The notes: generated from the letters alone by a model not told the origin. Counted from the first letter of the stretch, positions 9,629 to 19,550 are shown. The stretch is 64,000 bases of DNA from Bacillota bacterium (GCA_021781745.1 JAJXWH010000008.1:26781-90780), one strand, 5' to 3'. Made by a program: numbers and translations.

Positions 9629-10186
9629 ATGTGGGCAAAATTTCTAAAGGAATATTTTAAATCACCAAGAACGATAGGAGCTGTTGCACCTAGTTCAGGA
9701 AAGCTTGCTGAAAAAATGGCTGATGATATTGATTATGAAAACGCAAAATGTATTGTGGAGTATGGTCCGGGAACTGGTGTGTTTACAGAAAAATTAGTAA
9801 GTAAAATTAAAAAGCATACAATGTTAATACTTATTGAGTATAATGAGGGATTCTGTAAACAGTTAAAAGAAAAATATAGTTCTTATGACAATATTGTAAT
9901 CGTAAATGATTCAGCTGAAAATATTGATAAATATTTAAAAAAATATAATATTGAAAAAGTAGATTATATAGTTTCGGGATTACCATTTGCTAGTTTACCA
10001 AAAAATATGTCAAATAATATATTAAAGAAGACTAAAAATATATTAAAGAAAGATGGCTTGTTTATTACTTTTCAATACACACTACTTAAAAAAGGTTATA
10101 TAGCAAGTTATTTTGAAGATATAAGTTTTGAAAGAGTTGTTTTTAATTTACCGCCAGCTTATGTGTTAAAGTGTCAAAATACATAA
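9629..10186 (+). CDS. Phospholipid N-methyltransferase (PmtA-like) class I SAM methyltransferase
   Basis: SPRTIGAVAPSS, VEYGPGTG, SGLPF, FITFQY. Confidence 0.85.
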   Translation: MWAKFLKEYFKSPRTIGAVAPSSGKLAEKMADDIDYENAKCIVEYGPGTGVFTEKLVSKIKKHTMLILIEYNEGFCKQLKEKYSSYDNIVIVNDSAENIDKYLKKYNIEKVDYIVSGLPFASLPKNMSNNILKKTKNILKKDGLFITFQYTLLKKGYIASYFEDISFERVVFNLPPAYVLKCQNT

Positions 10187-10503
10187 ACTAAGTTTGGCTT
10201 ATTATTTACTAAATAAGGGTTATGCATTTACTTTTGTTGCTAAAGATTTATATAGTGTTTCCAAAGTTTATAAGCGTACAATTATAATTAAGAAACGCAA
10301 TCATTTAAATCTTAAATGCAGTATTATGTAGAAGTATAGCTTTTATTTTTGTATAGATATGTTGTTGCGTATTATGGGTTATAGGAGGAGAATTTTATAT
10401 TTTATAACATAAACACCAAAATATGCACAAGATTCATATTATAGACTTTTTTATTTACAGCGATTATAATATGTGTAAACAAACATAATAGTTGGGGGTA
10501 TTT

Positions 10504-10950
10504 ATGGACACAATGGACTATAAAATATTAAAATGTTTGAAATCTAATGCAAGAAATAAAGCATCAGATATAAGTAAAGAAATTCATTTATCTGTTTCAG
10601 CAGTCATTGAACGCATAAGAAAAATGGAGAAGAATGATATAATTAAAAATTATACTATAATAGTAGATCAAAAAAAATTAGGAAATGATATGACTGCCTT
10701 GATGGAAGTCAGCCTTGAACATCCAAAGTTCTATGAATCTTTTACAAATGCCATTCAAAATAACCCTAACATTGTCTCATGTTATTACTTAACAGGAGAT
10801 TTTGATTTTATGCTTAAAATATTCTGCAAATCATCAGATCATCTTGAAAGAATTCACCGAGAAATAAAGAGTTTAGAAGGTGTATCATTAACAAAAACTC
10901 ATTTTGTTTTAAAAGATATAAAAAATATATTCAGCGTAATACCTGATTAA
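10504..10950 (+). CDS. Lrp/AsnC family transcriptional regulator
   Basis: N-terminal HTH (ARNKASDISKEIHLSVSAVIERIRKME) plus RAM domain (LTGDFDFMLK). Confidence 0.92.
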   Translation: MDTMDYKILKCLKSNARNKASDISKEIHLSVSAVIERIRKMEKNDIIKNYTIIVDQKKLGNDMTALMEVSLEHPKFYESFTNAIQNNPNIVSCYYLTGDFDFMLKIFCKSSDHLERIHREIKSLEGVSLTKTHFVLKDIKNIFSVIPD

Positions 10951-10975
10951 AAGAATAAGGCATGTGAAAATTGGA

Positions 10976-11007
10976 TTGCGTATCTTTTTTATAAAAAAGA
11001 TACGCAA
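10976..11007. terminator. 32-bp perfect palindrome after lrp (terminator or operator)
   Basis: TTGCGTATCTTTTTT-AT-AAAAAAGATACGCAA. Confidence 0.6.
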
Positions 11008-11158
11008 AAATTTTCTTACTTTTACACTAAAAATTAACAAAAAGCAAAAAAGTTTCTGCATAAATAGTATTAACAATAAAAATAACTGTAATTCTAAAAA
11101 ATATTGAAAAATTCTTTTGTGGAATATAAGATATGAATAAGACAATGGTTTATTGTAC

Positions 11159-11225
11159 AAGCCAGATATATTTTAGACAAAGAAGTCAATTTTCATAGTC
11201 TAAAATATATCTGGCTTTTATTTTA
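11159..11225 (+). promoter_or_regulatory. Terminator-like hairpin in the dat leader
   Basis: Perfect 20-bp inverted repeat (11159-11178 / 11198-11217) plus U-rich tail, just upstream of the dat SD. Confidence 0.65.
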
Positions 11226-11249
11226 TAGAATATTAGGAGGCAGATTATT

Positions 11250-12098
11250 ATGGAGAATTTAGGTTATTATAATGGGAAATATGGATTGTTAGAGGAAATG
11301 ACAATACCAATGAACGATCGTGTATGTTATTTTGGTGATGGAGTTTACGACGCTACTTATAGCCGAAATCATGTGATTTTTGCATTGGACGAGCATATTG
11401 AACGTTTTTTTAATAGTGCTGGTTTATTAAAAATAAAAATTCCTTATACAAAAGAACAAGTTAAGGAAATTCTTAAGGATATGGTGAAAAAGGTTGATTC
11501 TGGAGAACAATTTGTATATTGGCAGGTTACAAGAGGAACAGCAATGCGTAACCATGCGTTTCCAGGTGATGAGGTTCCAGCAAATTTATGGATTATGCTA
11601 AAACCATTAAATATTAAAGACATGTCACAAAAAATAAAACTAATTACATTAGAGGACACAAGATTTTTACATTGTAATATTAAGACATTGAATTTACTTC
11701 CTAGTGTAATGGCTGCTCAAAAAACTGAAGAGGCAGGGTGCCAGGAATCTGTATTCCATAGAGGGACTAGAGTAACTGAATGCGCTCATAGCAATGTGTC
11801 TATTTTAAAAGATGGTATCTTGAAAACTGCACCAACAGATAACTTGATTTTACCAGGTATAGCACGAGCTCATCTAATAAAAATGTGTAAATTGTTTAAT
11901 ATACCTGTAGATGAAACCGCATTTACATTAAAAGATTTAATGGAAGCTGATGAAGTTATAGTTACTAGTTCAGGTCAATTTTGTATAACTGCTTGTGAAA
12001 TAGATGGAAAACCTGTTGGAGGAAAGGCTCCAGAGCTTATAAAGAAATTACAGGATGCTCTTCTAAAAGAATTTTTAGAAGAAACAGAGGCAGAATAA
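11250..12098 (+). CDS. dat: D-amino acid aminotransferase (PLP fold IV)
   Basis: FGDGVY (Tyr31-like), RGTAMRNH (Arg98/His100-like carboxylate trap), NIKTLNLL (PLP lysine), ILPGIAR. Confidence 0.9.
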   Translation: MENLGYYNGKYGLLEEMTIPMNDRVCYFGDGVYDATYSRNHVIFALDEHIERFFNSAGLLKIKIPYTKEQVKEILKDMVKKVDSGEQFVYWQVTRGTAMRNHAFPGDEVPANLWIMLKPLNIKDMSQKIKLITLEDTRFLHCNIKTLNLLPSVMAAQKTEEAGCQESVFHRGTRVTECAHSNVSILKDGILKTAPTDNLILPGIARAHLIKMCKLFNIPVDETAFTLKDLMEADEVIVTSSGQFCITACEIDGKPVGGKAPELIKKLQDALLKEFLEETEAE

Positions 12099-12108
12099 GG
12101 AGGCATAT

Positions 12109-13182
12109 ATGAATCAAAAGGAATTGACAATATTCAATTTGGGTGAGAATTTGGACAACCTAATGAATTTGGATCCAAGAGGGTATGGTGTATGCCGCAT
12201 TTTATATTCTGCTTCAAGGGAGTATACAAAGGAACCATTAACTACAAATGCAGCAAAAAAACTAGTAGGAATTTTAAAAGATGGCGATTTAGTTTATATA
12301 ATGACTGGCTTCGTACTGCTTCCGTTTAAGAAAGCAGAAATGGATGGAATTGTTAGTTCTATGCTTTTAGCAAGATCTTTAATTAAAGCTTTTAATGTAA
12401 AGCCAGTAATTGTATGTCCAGAAGATAATATGGAGGCTGTGAAAAACTTAGCTCAGGTTATGGGATTGCACTTCTATGATACTATAGAGGAATTAAAGGA
12501 ATATCCAATATCAATATCTGCTGTAGCTTTTACAAAGGATGTAAATGAAGCAGGGAAGCAGGCAGATGAAATGATTTCTAAGGGGTTGCCTAGCGCTGTT
12601 ATAAGCATTGAGTGCCCAGGTGCTAATTCCATTGGAACTTATCATAATGCAGTAGGTCTAGATGTAACTGAATTAGAAGCAAAACAAGATATTTTATTCA
12701 CTAAATTACAGGACAAGGGAGTTCTTAATATAGCAATAGGAGATCTTGGCAATGAAATTGGTATGGGAGCTATTAAAGAGCAATTAGAAGAATTTATTCC
12801 GTATGCAGCTAAAGGGAAATGTAACTGTGGATGTAATGGAGGCATTGCAGCAGTCACAAAAGCAGATAATATTATAACAGCTACTGTTTCTGATTGGGGA
12901 TGTTATGGTTTAATTGCTGCTATTGCTTATTTAAAGAAAGACTTAGAAATTCTGCATACAAAAGAAATGCAGGAAGAAGCAATGATTGTTGCTTCAAGAA
13001 GTGGAATGATTGATATGTATGGTTGGCTTGTCCCTGCAATTGATGGTTTTGGTCTATCATTGAACCTTTCAATGGTTAATTTAATGAGAGAATGCGTATC
13101 TTATGCTATAAAATTAGAAAAAACATGTGAAACTTGGTTTGAGAAAGTTATTGAGCTAGGTTTTTATGAAAAAGTTATGTAA
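12109..13182 (+). CDS. DUF4392 protein (similar to D-glutamate cyclase C-terminal domain)
   Basis: TGF..AEMDG, SIECPG, IAIGDLGNEIGMG, TVSDWGCYG. Confidence 0.8.
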   Translation: MNQKELTIFNLGENLDNLMNLDPRGYGVCRILYSASREYTKEPLTTNAAKKLVGILKDGDLVYIMTGFVLLPFKKAEMDGIVSSMLLARSLIKAFNVKPVIVCPEDNMEAVKNLAQVMGLHFYDTIEELKEYPISISAVAFTKDVNEAGKQADEMISKGLPSAVISIECPGANSIGTYHNAVGLDVTELEAKQDILFTKLQDKGVLNIAIGDLGNEIGMGAIKEQLEEFIPYAAKGKCNCGCNGGIAAVTKADNIITATVSDWGCYGLIAAIAYLKKDLEILHTKEMQEEAMIVASRSGMIDMYGWLVPAIDGFGLSLNLSMVNLMRECVSYAIKLEKTCETWFEKVIELGFYEKVM

Positions 13183-13275
13183 GAAGTGTTAAAATAATTG
13201 GATGGGAAGTTAATATTTTTTCGAGGTGAATATGTCTAACAATGAAATTATGCCAAGGGTAAGGGGGAATATAGA

Positions 13276-14061
13276 ATGAATTATTCGAAAATGATACCCA
13301 GTGAAATTCGTGATTTAATACGTGAAGGTAAAATAGCAGGGCCAACATCAGGAATGTGTGCGGGTTATGCACAATCTAATTTAGTTATTCTGCCAAAGGA
13401 TTTAGCGTATGATTTTCTTCTGTTTGCGCAAAGGAACCCAAAATCATGTCCTATATTAGAAGTCAGCGATGCGGGGAGTAGAAGTCTTAAGTATATTGCA
13501 GAAAATGCTGATATTGCCAAAGATATTCCTAAATATAGAGTGTATGAAGATGGTATACTAACTGGGGAATATACTAGTGTAGAGCATCTATGGAGAGAGG
13601 ACTTTGTAAGTTTCTTAATAGGGTGTAGTTTTTCTTTTGAATCAGAACTATTAGAAGCTGGAATACCTGTAAGGCATATTGAGGAAAATTGTAATGTACC
13701 TATGTTTATAACTAATATAGAGTGTGAACCAGCAGGAATATTTAATGGAAAAATGGTCGTAAGCATGAGGCCCATTCCATACGATAAAGTTGTAAAATCA
13801 GTAATGGTAACAGGTACAATGCCTAAGGTACATGGAACTCCAATTCATATAGGAGATCCATCAGTTATTGGAATTTTAGATATTAATAAGCCTGATTTTG
13901 GAGATTGTGTTACAATAAATAAAGGAGAAGTACCAGTTTTTTGGGCTTGCGGAGTTACACCACAATCTGTAGTTATGAATGTTAAGCCTAAAATTGTAAT
14001 TACACATTCTCCAGGACACATGCTTATAACCGACATTAAGAATGTGGATTTAAAATACTAA
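13276..14061 (+). CDS. DUF1445/YcsI putative hydro-lyase (similar to D-glutamate cyclase N-terminal domain)
   Basis: PTSGMCAGYAQSNL, RNPKSCP, IGCSFSFE, HGTPIHIG, FWACGVTPQ, THSPGHM. Confidence 0.9.
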   Translation: MNYSKMIPSEIRDLIREGKIAGPTSGMCAGYAQSNLVILPKDLAYDFLLFAQRNPKSCPILEVSDAGSRSLKYIAENADIAKDIPKYRVYEDGILTGEYTSVEHLWREDFVSFLIGCSFSFESELLEAGIPVRHIEENCNVPMFITNIECEPAGIFNGKMVVSMRPIPYDKVVKSVMVTGTMPKVHGTPIHIGDPSVIGILDINKPDFGDCVTINKGEVPVFWACGVTPQSVVMNVKPKIVITHSPGHMLITDIKNVDLKY

Positions 14062-14068
14062 AAGTTAT

Positions 14069-14195
14069 TTCAGTTAAAAGTTAAAAGTGAAAAGTTAAGG
14101 AAAAAATACCTTAAGGGATTTTAAAAATAAAATTCAAGAAAGCCAGAGGCTTTCAACTTAAACTGTAAACTGTTAATTGCAAACTGTTAACTGAA
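14069..14195. repeat. REP/MITE-like palindromic element with 7-bp periodic arms
   Basis: Terminal IR TTCAGTTAA / TTAACTGAA, heptamer runs on both arms, internal GAAAGCC-AGA-GGCTTTC hairpin; related copy at 44345-44450. Confidence 0.65.
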
Positions 14196-14207
14196 GAAGG
14201 GGGACTT

Positions 14208-14975
14208 ATGTATAAGATAGATTTAAATTGTGATTTGGGAGAGAGTTTTGGAAATTATAAACTTGGTTTAGATGAGGAAGTAATCTCATATATTTCTTCT
14301 GCTAATGTGGCATGTGGTTTTCATGCATCAGATCCACTTGTAATGTCTCATACAGTTAAATTGGCTAAGGAAGCTGGTGTATGCATCGGAGCACATCCAG
14401 GTTTTCCAGACTTAGTTGGCTTTGGGAGACGAAATATGAGTGTATCGCCAAAGGAAGCTAAGGCTATGGTAATATATCAAATTGGTGCTTTAGATGCTTT
14501 TTGCAAAGCTGCAGGAATAAAGATGCATCATGTAAAACCTCATGGAGCTTTATATAATATGGCAGGGAAGGATTTGAAACTTGCAAAAGCTATTTGCGAA
14601 GGAATATATGAATTAAATCCTGAATTGATTTTATTAGCCTTATCAGGAAGCGAAATGGTTAATGCTGCACAAGATATTGGATTAAAAGTAGCAAGGGAAG
14701 CTTTTGCTGATCGTGCTTATGAAGAGGATGGTTCTTTGGTTGCAAGAACTAAAGAAGGAGCGATGATCACAGATGAGGAAATTGCAATCAAGAGAGTTAT
14801 TAAAATGATAAAGGAAAATAAGGTTGAAGCTATCACGGGGAAAGATATACAAATTAAAGTTGATTCTATATGCGTTCACGGAGATGGAGCTAAGGCTTTA
14901 GAATTTGTAAAGAAAATTAAATGCAGTCTTGAAGGCGAAGATATAAAAATTGCTCCGTTAATCGAAGTAATTTAA
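14208..14975 (+). CDS. pxpA: 5-oxoprolinase subunit A (LamB/YcsF)
   Basis: [39 protein letters not shown]. Confidence 0.95.
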   Translation: MYKIDLNCDLGESFGNYKLGLDEEVISYISSANVACGFHASDPLVMSHTVKLAKEAGVCIGAHPGFPDLVGFGRRNMSVSPKEAKAMVIYQIGALDAFCKAAGIKMHHVKPHGALYNMAGKDLKLAKAICEGIYELNPELILLALSGSEMVNAAQDIGLKVAREAFADRAYEEDGSLVARTKEGAMITDEEIAIKRVIKMIKENKVEAITGKDIQIKVDSICVHGDGAKALEFVKKIKCSLEGEDIKIAPLIEVI

Positions 14976-15003
14976 TTATGTTATATATAAAGAAGGCTTA
15001 ATT

Positions 15004-16131
15004 ATGGAAAAATATCTTAGAACTTATGCCAAAATAGATTTAAAGGCTATTTTAAATAATATAAATGAAATAAAAAATCGAATAGAAAAAGATGTAAAAA
15101 TTATGGCTGTTATTAAAGCAGATGGATATGGTCACGGTGCAGATGCTTTGGGAGATTTTCTTAAAAATGAAGTGGATTATTATGGAGTGGCTACTATAGA
15201 TGAGGCTATAGAACTTCGGAAATTTGGAATAGAGTTACCTATAATGATTCTTGGTTACACATCTCCAAGTCAATATATTGAAATAATAGAAAATAATATT
15301 ACTCAAACTATATACACTTTGGAAATGGCTAAAGAAATATCAAAAGCTGCTTCAATTTGTGGGAGGCAGGCCAAAATTCATGTAGCATTAGATACAGGTA
15401 TGACTAGAATAGGTTTTAATGCAAATGAAAATGGAGTTTTAGCCATAGCTGATATTTGCAAGCTTCCTAATTTAATCGTTGAGGGTTTATTTACCCATTT
15501 TTCAACTGCCGATGAAATTGACAAAAGCTATAGCAAATTGCAAATGGATAGATATGATAGTTTTGTAGAGTTATTAGAACAAAGGAAAATAAGTATACCT
15601 ATTAAGCATATGTGTAATAGTGCTGGAATTATGGAATTTGACCACCACCGTTTTGACATGGTACGAGCTGGTATAATTCTTTATGGATTATATCCATCAG
15701 AAGAAGTTAATAAAAATTCCGTTAAGCTCATACCAGCTTTAGAGTGGAAAGCTCATGTAATCAATGTGAATACTGTTGATGCAGGACATGGGGTAAGTTA
15801 TGGAAAAACTTATATTACAAAAAATAAGACTAAGATAGCAACTATTGGAGTAGGATATGCTGACGGATACCCAAGAGCTCTTTCATCAAAAGGAAGGGTA
15901 TTGATCCATGGTGAATATGCTCCTATTATAGGCAGAATCTGCATGGATCAAATGATGGTAGATGTTACACATATTAATAATGTAGAAATTGAAGATGAAG
16001 TAACTTTAGTAGGAAAAGATGGGAAGAATATTATTTCTGTTGAAGAATTAGCTAATATGGCTGGAAGTTTCAATTATGAATTTGTTTGTGGAATAGGGAA
16101 AAGGGTTCCTAGGATATATAGTAATGAATAA
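15004..16131 (+). CDS. alr: Alanine racemase
   Basis: AVIKADGYGHG (PLP Lys), DTGMTRIG, VSYG (catalytic Tyr), GYADG, ICMDQ. Confidence 0.95.
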   Translation: MEKYLRTYAKIDLKAILNNINEIKNRIEKDVKIMAVIKADGYGHGADALGDFLKNEVDYYGVATIDEAIELRKFGIELPIMILGYTSPSQYIEIIENNITQTIYTLEMAKEISKAASICGRQAKIHVALDTGMTRIGFNANENGVLAIADICKLPNLIVEGLFTHFSTADEIDKSYSKLQMDRYDSFVELLEQRKISIPIKHMCNSAGIMEFDHHRFDMVRAGIILYGLYPSEEVNKNSVKLIPALEWKAHVINVNTVDAGHGVSYGKTYITKNKTKIATIGVGYADGYPRALSSKGRVLIHGEYAPIIGRICMDQMMVDVTHINNVEIEDEVTLVGKDGKNIISVEELANMAGSFNYEFVCGIGKRVPRIYSNE

Positions 16132-16176
16132 TTTAGAAGCCAATTTTGCTATATAATTTTTGGGGGTAATGTAAAT

Positions 16177-16887
16177 ATGGAAAAGGATAAGCTTAGAACA
16201 AAAATTTCACAAATAAATGAATTTACAGCTTTAATTGAGTTTGGAAATGAAATTAGTGAAATCATAAACAGGAAAATAAGAGTTTTTTGTGCATATATTG
16301 ATGAACATCCATTTGAAGGTTTCATAGAATATATTCCTTATTTTGCAAGTGTTTCTGTAATTTACGATCCTTTAAAAATAAATAGTGATTTTCCTTTTGA
16401 GACTATTAAAGTTATTTTAGAAGATATCTTATCAAGTCTTGATTTTTCATCAAGTGATGAGGAAAATATCGTTGAAATCCCAGTTTGCTATGGCGGTGAG
16501 TTTGGACCTGATCTTGAGTATGTTGCAAAAATAAATAATCTTAATGTAGAGGAAGTTATAAAAATTCATTCAGAAGGAAAATATTTAGTCTATATGATAG
16601 GTTTTGCACCTGGATTTCCTTATTTAGGCGGAATGTCAGAAAAAATAGCTGCGCCAAGGCGTGAATCTCCAAGAACAGTAATTCCAGCAGGCTCAGTTGG
16701 AATTGCAGGAGCTCAGACAGGAGTATATCCGATTGAGACTCCTGGAGGATGGCAGCTTATAGGAAGAACACCTATAAAGATGTTTGATTTAAACGGAGAG
16801 CCTAAGAGTCTTTTAAAATCTGGAGATATAGCTAAATTTCGTCCAATTTCTTATGAAGATTACCTAAGATTAAAGGAGGATGAATAG
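16177..16887 (+). CDS. pxpB: 5-oxoprolinase subunit B (KipI)
   Basis: EIPVCYGGEFGPDL, GFAPGFPYLGG, GVYPIETPGGWQLIG. Confidence 0.95.
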   Translation: MEKDKLRTKISQINEFTALIEFGNEISEIINRKIRVFCAYIDEHPFEGFIEYIPYFASVSVIYDPLKINSDFPFETIKVILEDILSSLDFSSSDEENIVEIPVCYGGEFGPDLEYVAKINNLNVEEVIKIHSEGKYLVYMIGFAPGFPYLGGMSEKIAAPRRESPRTVIPAGSVGIAGAQTGVYPIETPGGWQLIGRTPIKMFDLNGEPKSLLKSGDIAKFRPISYEDYLRLKEDE

Positions 16888-17885
16888 TGAGCATTACTGT
16901 TTTAAATCCAGGACTTCTTACTACTATTCAGGATTTGGGGAGAATTGGGTATCAAAAGTATGGAGTTATAGTCAGTGGGGCTATGGATACATATTCCATG
17001 AGGCTTTCTAACATTATTATTGGTAATAATGAAAATGAAGGAGTTCTTGAAATAACTATGGTCGGACCCTCATTAGAATTGCTAAAGGGAACGTTATTTT
17101 CCATAACAGGTGCAGATATTTCACCTACAATTAATAACAAGCCTGTCCCTATGGGGAGACCTGTTTATTTAAAGAAAGACTGTATATTAAAATTTGGACC
17201 CTGCAAAACTGGATGCCGCTCATATTTAGCTGTAGCGGGAGGCTTTGATATTCCATTAGTTATGGGCAGCAAAAGTACATATTTAAGAGCTGGTTTAGGC
17301 GGGATTGAAGGAAGAGCATTAAAAAGAGACGATGTGCTTAATATTGGTACTAGAAACAAACTGTCTCGCAAACTAATAGATAAGATGAAAGAAATAAAGA
17401 GTGAAGAGGAATTTGTTGCAACAAGATGGTATGTACAAGGTTATAAAGGATCTTCTAATAGCAAAATTATTAGGGCTTTTGAAGATAGACAATATAAGGA
17501 AATATCTCATGAGAGTATTGCTAAATTCTTTAATGAAGAGTTCAACATAGATTCTAAATCTGATAGAATGGGATATCGTTTAGCAGGTCCTAAAATTGAG
17601 CTAAGAGAAAAACTAGAAATGATATCTGAAGAAGTTTCTATGGGAACTATTCAAGTTCCACCTGATGGAAATCCTATTATCCTTTTGGCTGATAAACAAA
17701 CTGCGGGAGGATATCCTAAAATAGCTCATGTAGCTTCTGTAGATATTCAAAAAATAGTTCAATTAAAACCAAATGAGAAAATTGCCTTTAAAAAGATTAC
17801 GATAAAAGATGCTGAAGATTTATATTTAAAAAGAGAAAGGTACTTAGAGGCTTTAAAGAGATCTATAAAATTAATAATTATTTAA
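16887..17885 (+). CDS. pxpC: 5-oxoprolinase subunit C (KipA)
   Basis: TTIQDLGR, GAMD, SDRMGYRL, GTIQVPPDG, QTAGGYPKI. Start overlaps the pxpB stop. Confidence 0.95.
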   Translation: MSITVLNPGLLTTIQDLGRIGYQKYGVIVSGAMDTYSMRLSNIIIGNNENEGVLEITMVGPSLELLKGTLFSITGADISPTINNKPVPMGRPVYLKKDCILKFGPCKTGCRSYLAVAGGFDIPLVMGSKSTYLRAGLGGIEGRALKRDDVLNIGTRNKLSRKLIDKMKEIKSEEEFVATRWYVQGYKGSSNSKIIRAFEDRQYKEISHESIAKFFNEEFNIDSKSDRMGYRLAGPKIELREKLEMISEEVSMGTIQVPPDGNPIILLADKQTAGGYPKIAHVASVDIQKIVQLKPNEKIAFKKITIKDAEDLYLKRERYLEALKRSIKLIII

Positions 17886-17919
17886 AGAAAACATATTTTT
17901 ACTTTAATAAATAATTATA

Positions 17920-17948
17920 TTTACACAGGTAATTTTTAGTAGTATAAT
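17920..17948 (+). promoter_or_regulatory. SigA promoter for the AGCS gene
   Basis: TTTACA-17-TATAAT. Confidence 0.65.
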
Positions 17949-17977
17949 ATAATCAAAATTAAAATAGTATGAAATTG

Positions 17978-18040
17978 AAATCTATAATAATAGGACAAAG
18001 AAGTCTTAAGCGTTCTATTATTATAGATTTTTTTATTTTT
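17978..18040 (+). promoter_or_regulatory. Terminator-like hairpin in the AGCS leader
   Basis: 19-bp IR (17978-17996 / 18012-18030, one G-U) plus long U-tract, between promoter and SD. Confidence 0.65.
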
Positions 18041-18065
18041 TATATATGTTTAAGGAGGAATTGCT

Positions 18066-19499
18066 ATGGAATTATTTTCAAACGTTTTATCGCAAATTGA
18101 TGATTTTGTATGGGGGCCAGTTATGCTCATACTGCTAGTAGGAACAGGGATTTTTCTTACGATACGCTTGAAATTCTTGACTTGGATAAATTTAGGCTAT
18201 GCATTAAAAAGTGTTTTAAGTAAAGAAGCGCGTACTAAGAAAAGAGGAGATGGAGATGTTTCACCATTTTCAGCGCTTATGACAGCACTTGCAGCAACTA
18301 TTGGTACTGGTAATATTGTTGGAGTGGCTACTGCAATGGTACTTGGAGGACCAGGAGCCCTTGTATGGATGTGGATTTCTGCATGTTTTGGTCTTAGTTC
18401 TAAATTTGGTGAATGTATGCTTGCTATAAAGTATCGTCAAGTGAATGAAAATGGAGAAATGTCTGGCGGACCTATGTACACAATGAAGCATGCGTTTAAA
18501 AATAAAACATTTGGAAATTTTATGGGCTTCTTATTTGCCTTATTTACAGTATTAGCTTCTTTTGGTATTGGTAACTTAACACAAGCTAATTCGATTTCAT
18601 CGGCTTTAAATCAGACATTTAATTTACCAGTATGGGTAACTGGACTTGTTATTACAATTTTAGCTCTTATTATTATTGTTGGAGGCATTAGCAGTATTTC
18701 AAAGGTATCTCAAGTGGTAGTGCCAGGTATGGCTGTATTCTATATGGTAGCAGGCATAATTGTTATATTGGGAAATATAGGAAATCTTCCTAGTGGAGTA
18801 GCAACTATATTTAAAATGGCATTTAGCCCACAAGCTGCAGCAGGTGGTGTTGGTGGAACAATCATGGTTAGTATGATGCAATCATTAAGATGGGGTGTTG
18901 CAAGAGGTGTTTTTTCAAATGAAGCAGGTCTAGGGTCAGCAGCCATAACTGCCGCTGCAGCAACAACTGATAATCCGGTTCGTCAAGGATATATTAATAT
19001 GACAGGGACTTTTTTTGATACAATAGTTGTATGTACAGTAACTGGCCTTGCAATAGCAAGTTCTGGAGTGCTTGGTACATTAGATGCATCAGGAAATGTT
19101 ATTACTGGGTCAGCTCTTACAATTTTAGCGTTTTCAACTGTTCTTGGAAATGCTGGTGGTGTTGTTGTATGTATAGGAATTGCACTTTTTGCTTTTTCCA
19201 CTATTATTGGTTGGGAGTATCATGGAGAAAAGGCTTTTGAGTATCTTGTTAAAAATCCAAAATATTGTATAATATATCGTGTTATTTTTTCATTAGTTGC
19301 ATACATTGGAGCTACTACAACTTTACAAATTGTATGGAATTTTTCAGATGTTATGAATGGTCTAATGGCAATTCCTAATTTAATTTCACTTTTAGCGTTA
19401 AGTAGTGTAATCGCAAAAGATGTTAAAGAATATCAAAGTATTATTGAACAAGAGAAAATGGAAAAAAGAAATGCTAAAGTAATGGAACTTGAGAGTTAA
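18066..19499 (+). CDS. Alanine/glycine:cation symporter (AGCS) family transporter
   Basis: LAATIGTGNI, GGPGALVWMW, GGPMY, FSNEAGLGS. Confidence 0.93.
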   Translation: MELFSNVLSQIDDFVWGPVMLILLVGTGIFLTIRLKFLTWINLGYALKSVLSKEARTKKRGDGDVSPFSALMTALAATIGTGNIVGVATAMVLGGPGALVWMWISACFGLSSKFGECMLAIKYRQVNENGEMSGGPMYTMKHAFKNKTFGNFMGFLFALFTVLASFGIGNLTQANSISSALNQTFNLPVWVTGLVITILALIIIVGGISSISKVSQVVVPGMAVFYMVAGIIVILGNIGNLPSGVATIFKMAFSPQAAAGGVGGTIMVSMMQSLRWGVARGVFSNEAGLGSAAITAAAATTDNPVRQGYINMTGTFFDTIVVCTVTGLAIASSGVLGTLDASGNVITGSALTILAFSTVLGNAGGVVVCIGIALFAFSTIIGWEYHGEKAFEYLVKNPKYCIIYRVIFSLVAYIGATTTLQIVWNFSDVMNGLMAIPNLISLLALSSVIAKDVKEYQSIIEQEKMEKRNAKVMELES

Positions 19500-19550
19500 T
19501 ATTATTAATATAACTTTAAATAGTCTAAGAGTTATAATGTATATTGCTAA

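Noticed and set aside
10381-10390. Strong SD-like AGGAGGAG in the pmtA-lrp intergenic region
   Set aside because: No start codon at usable spacing.
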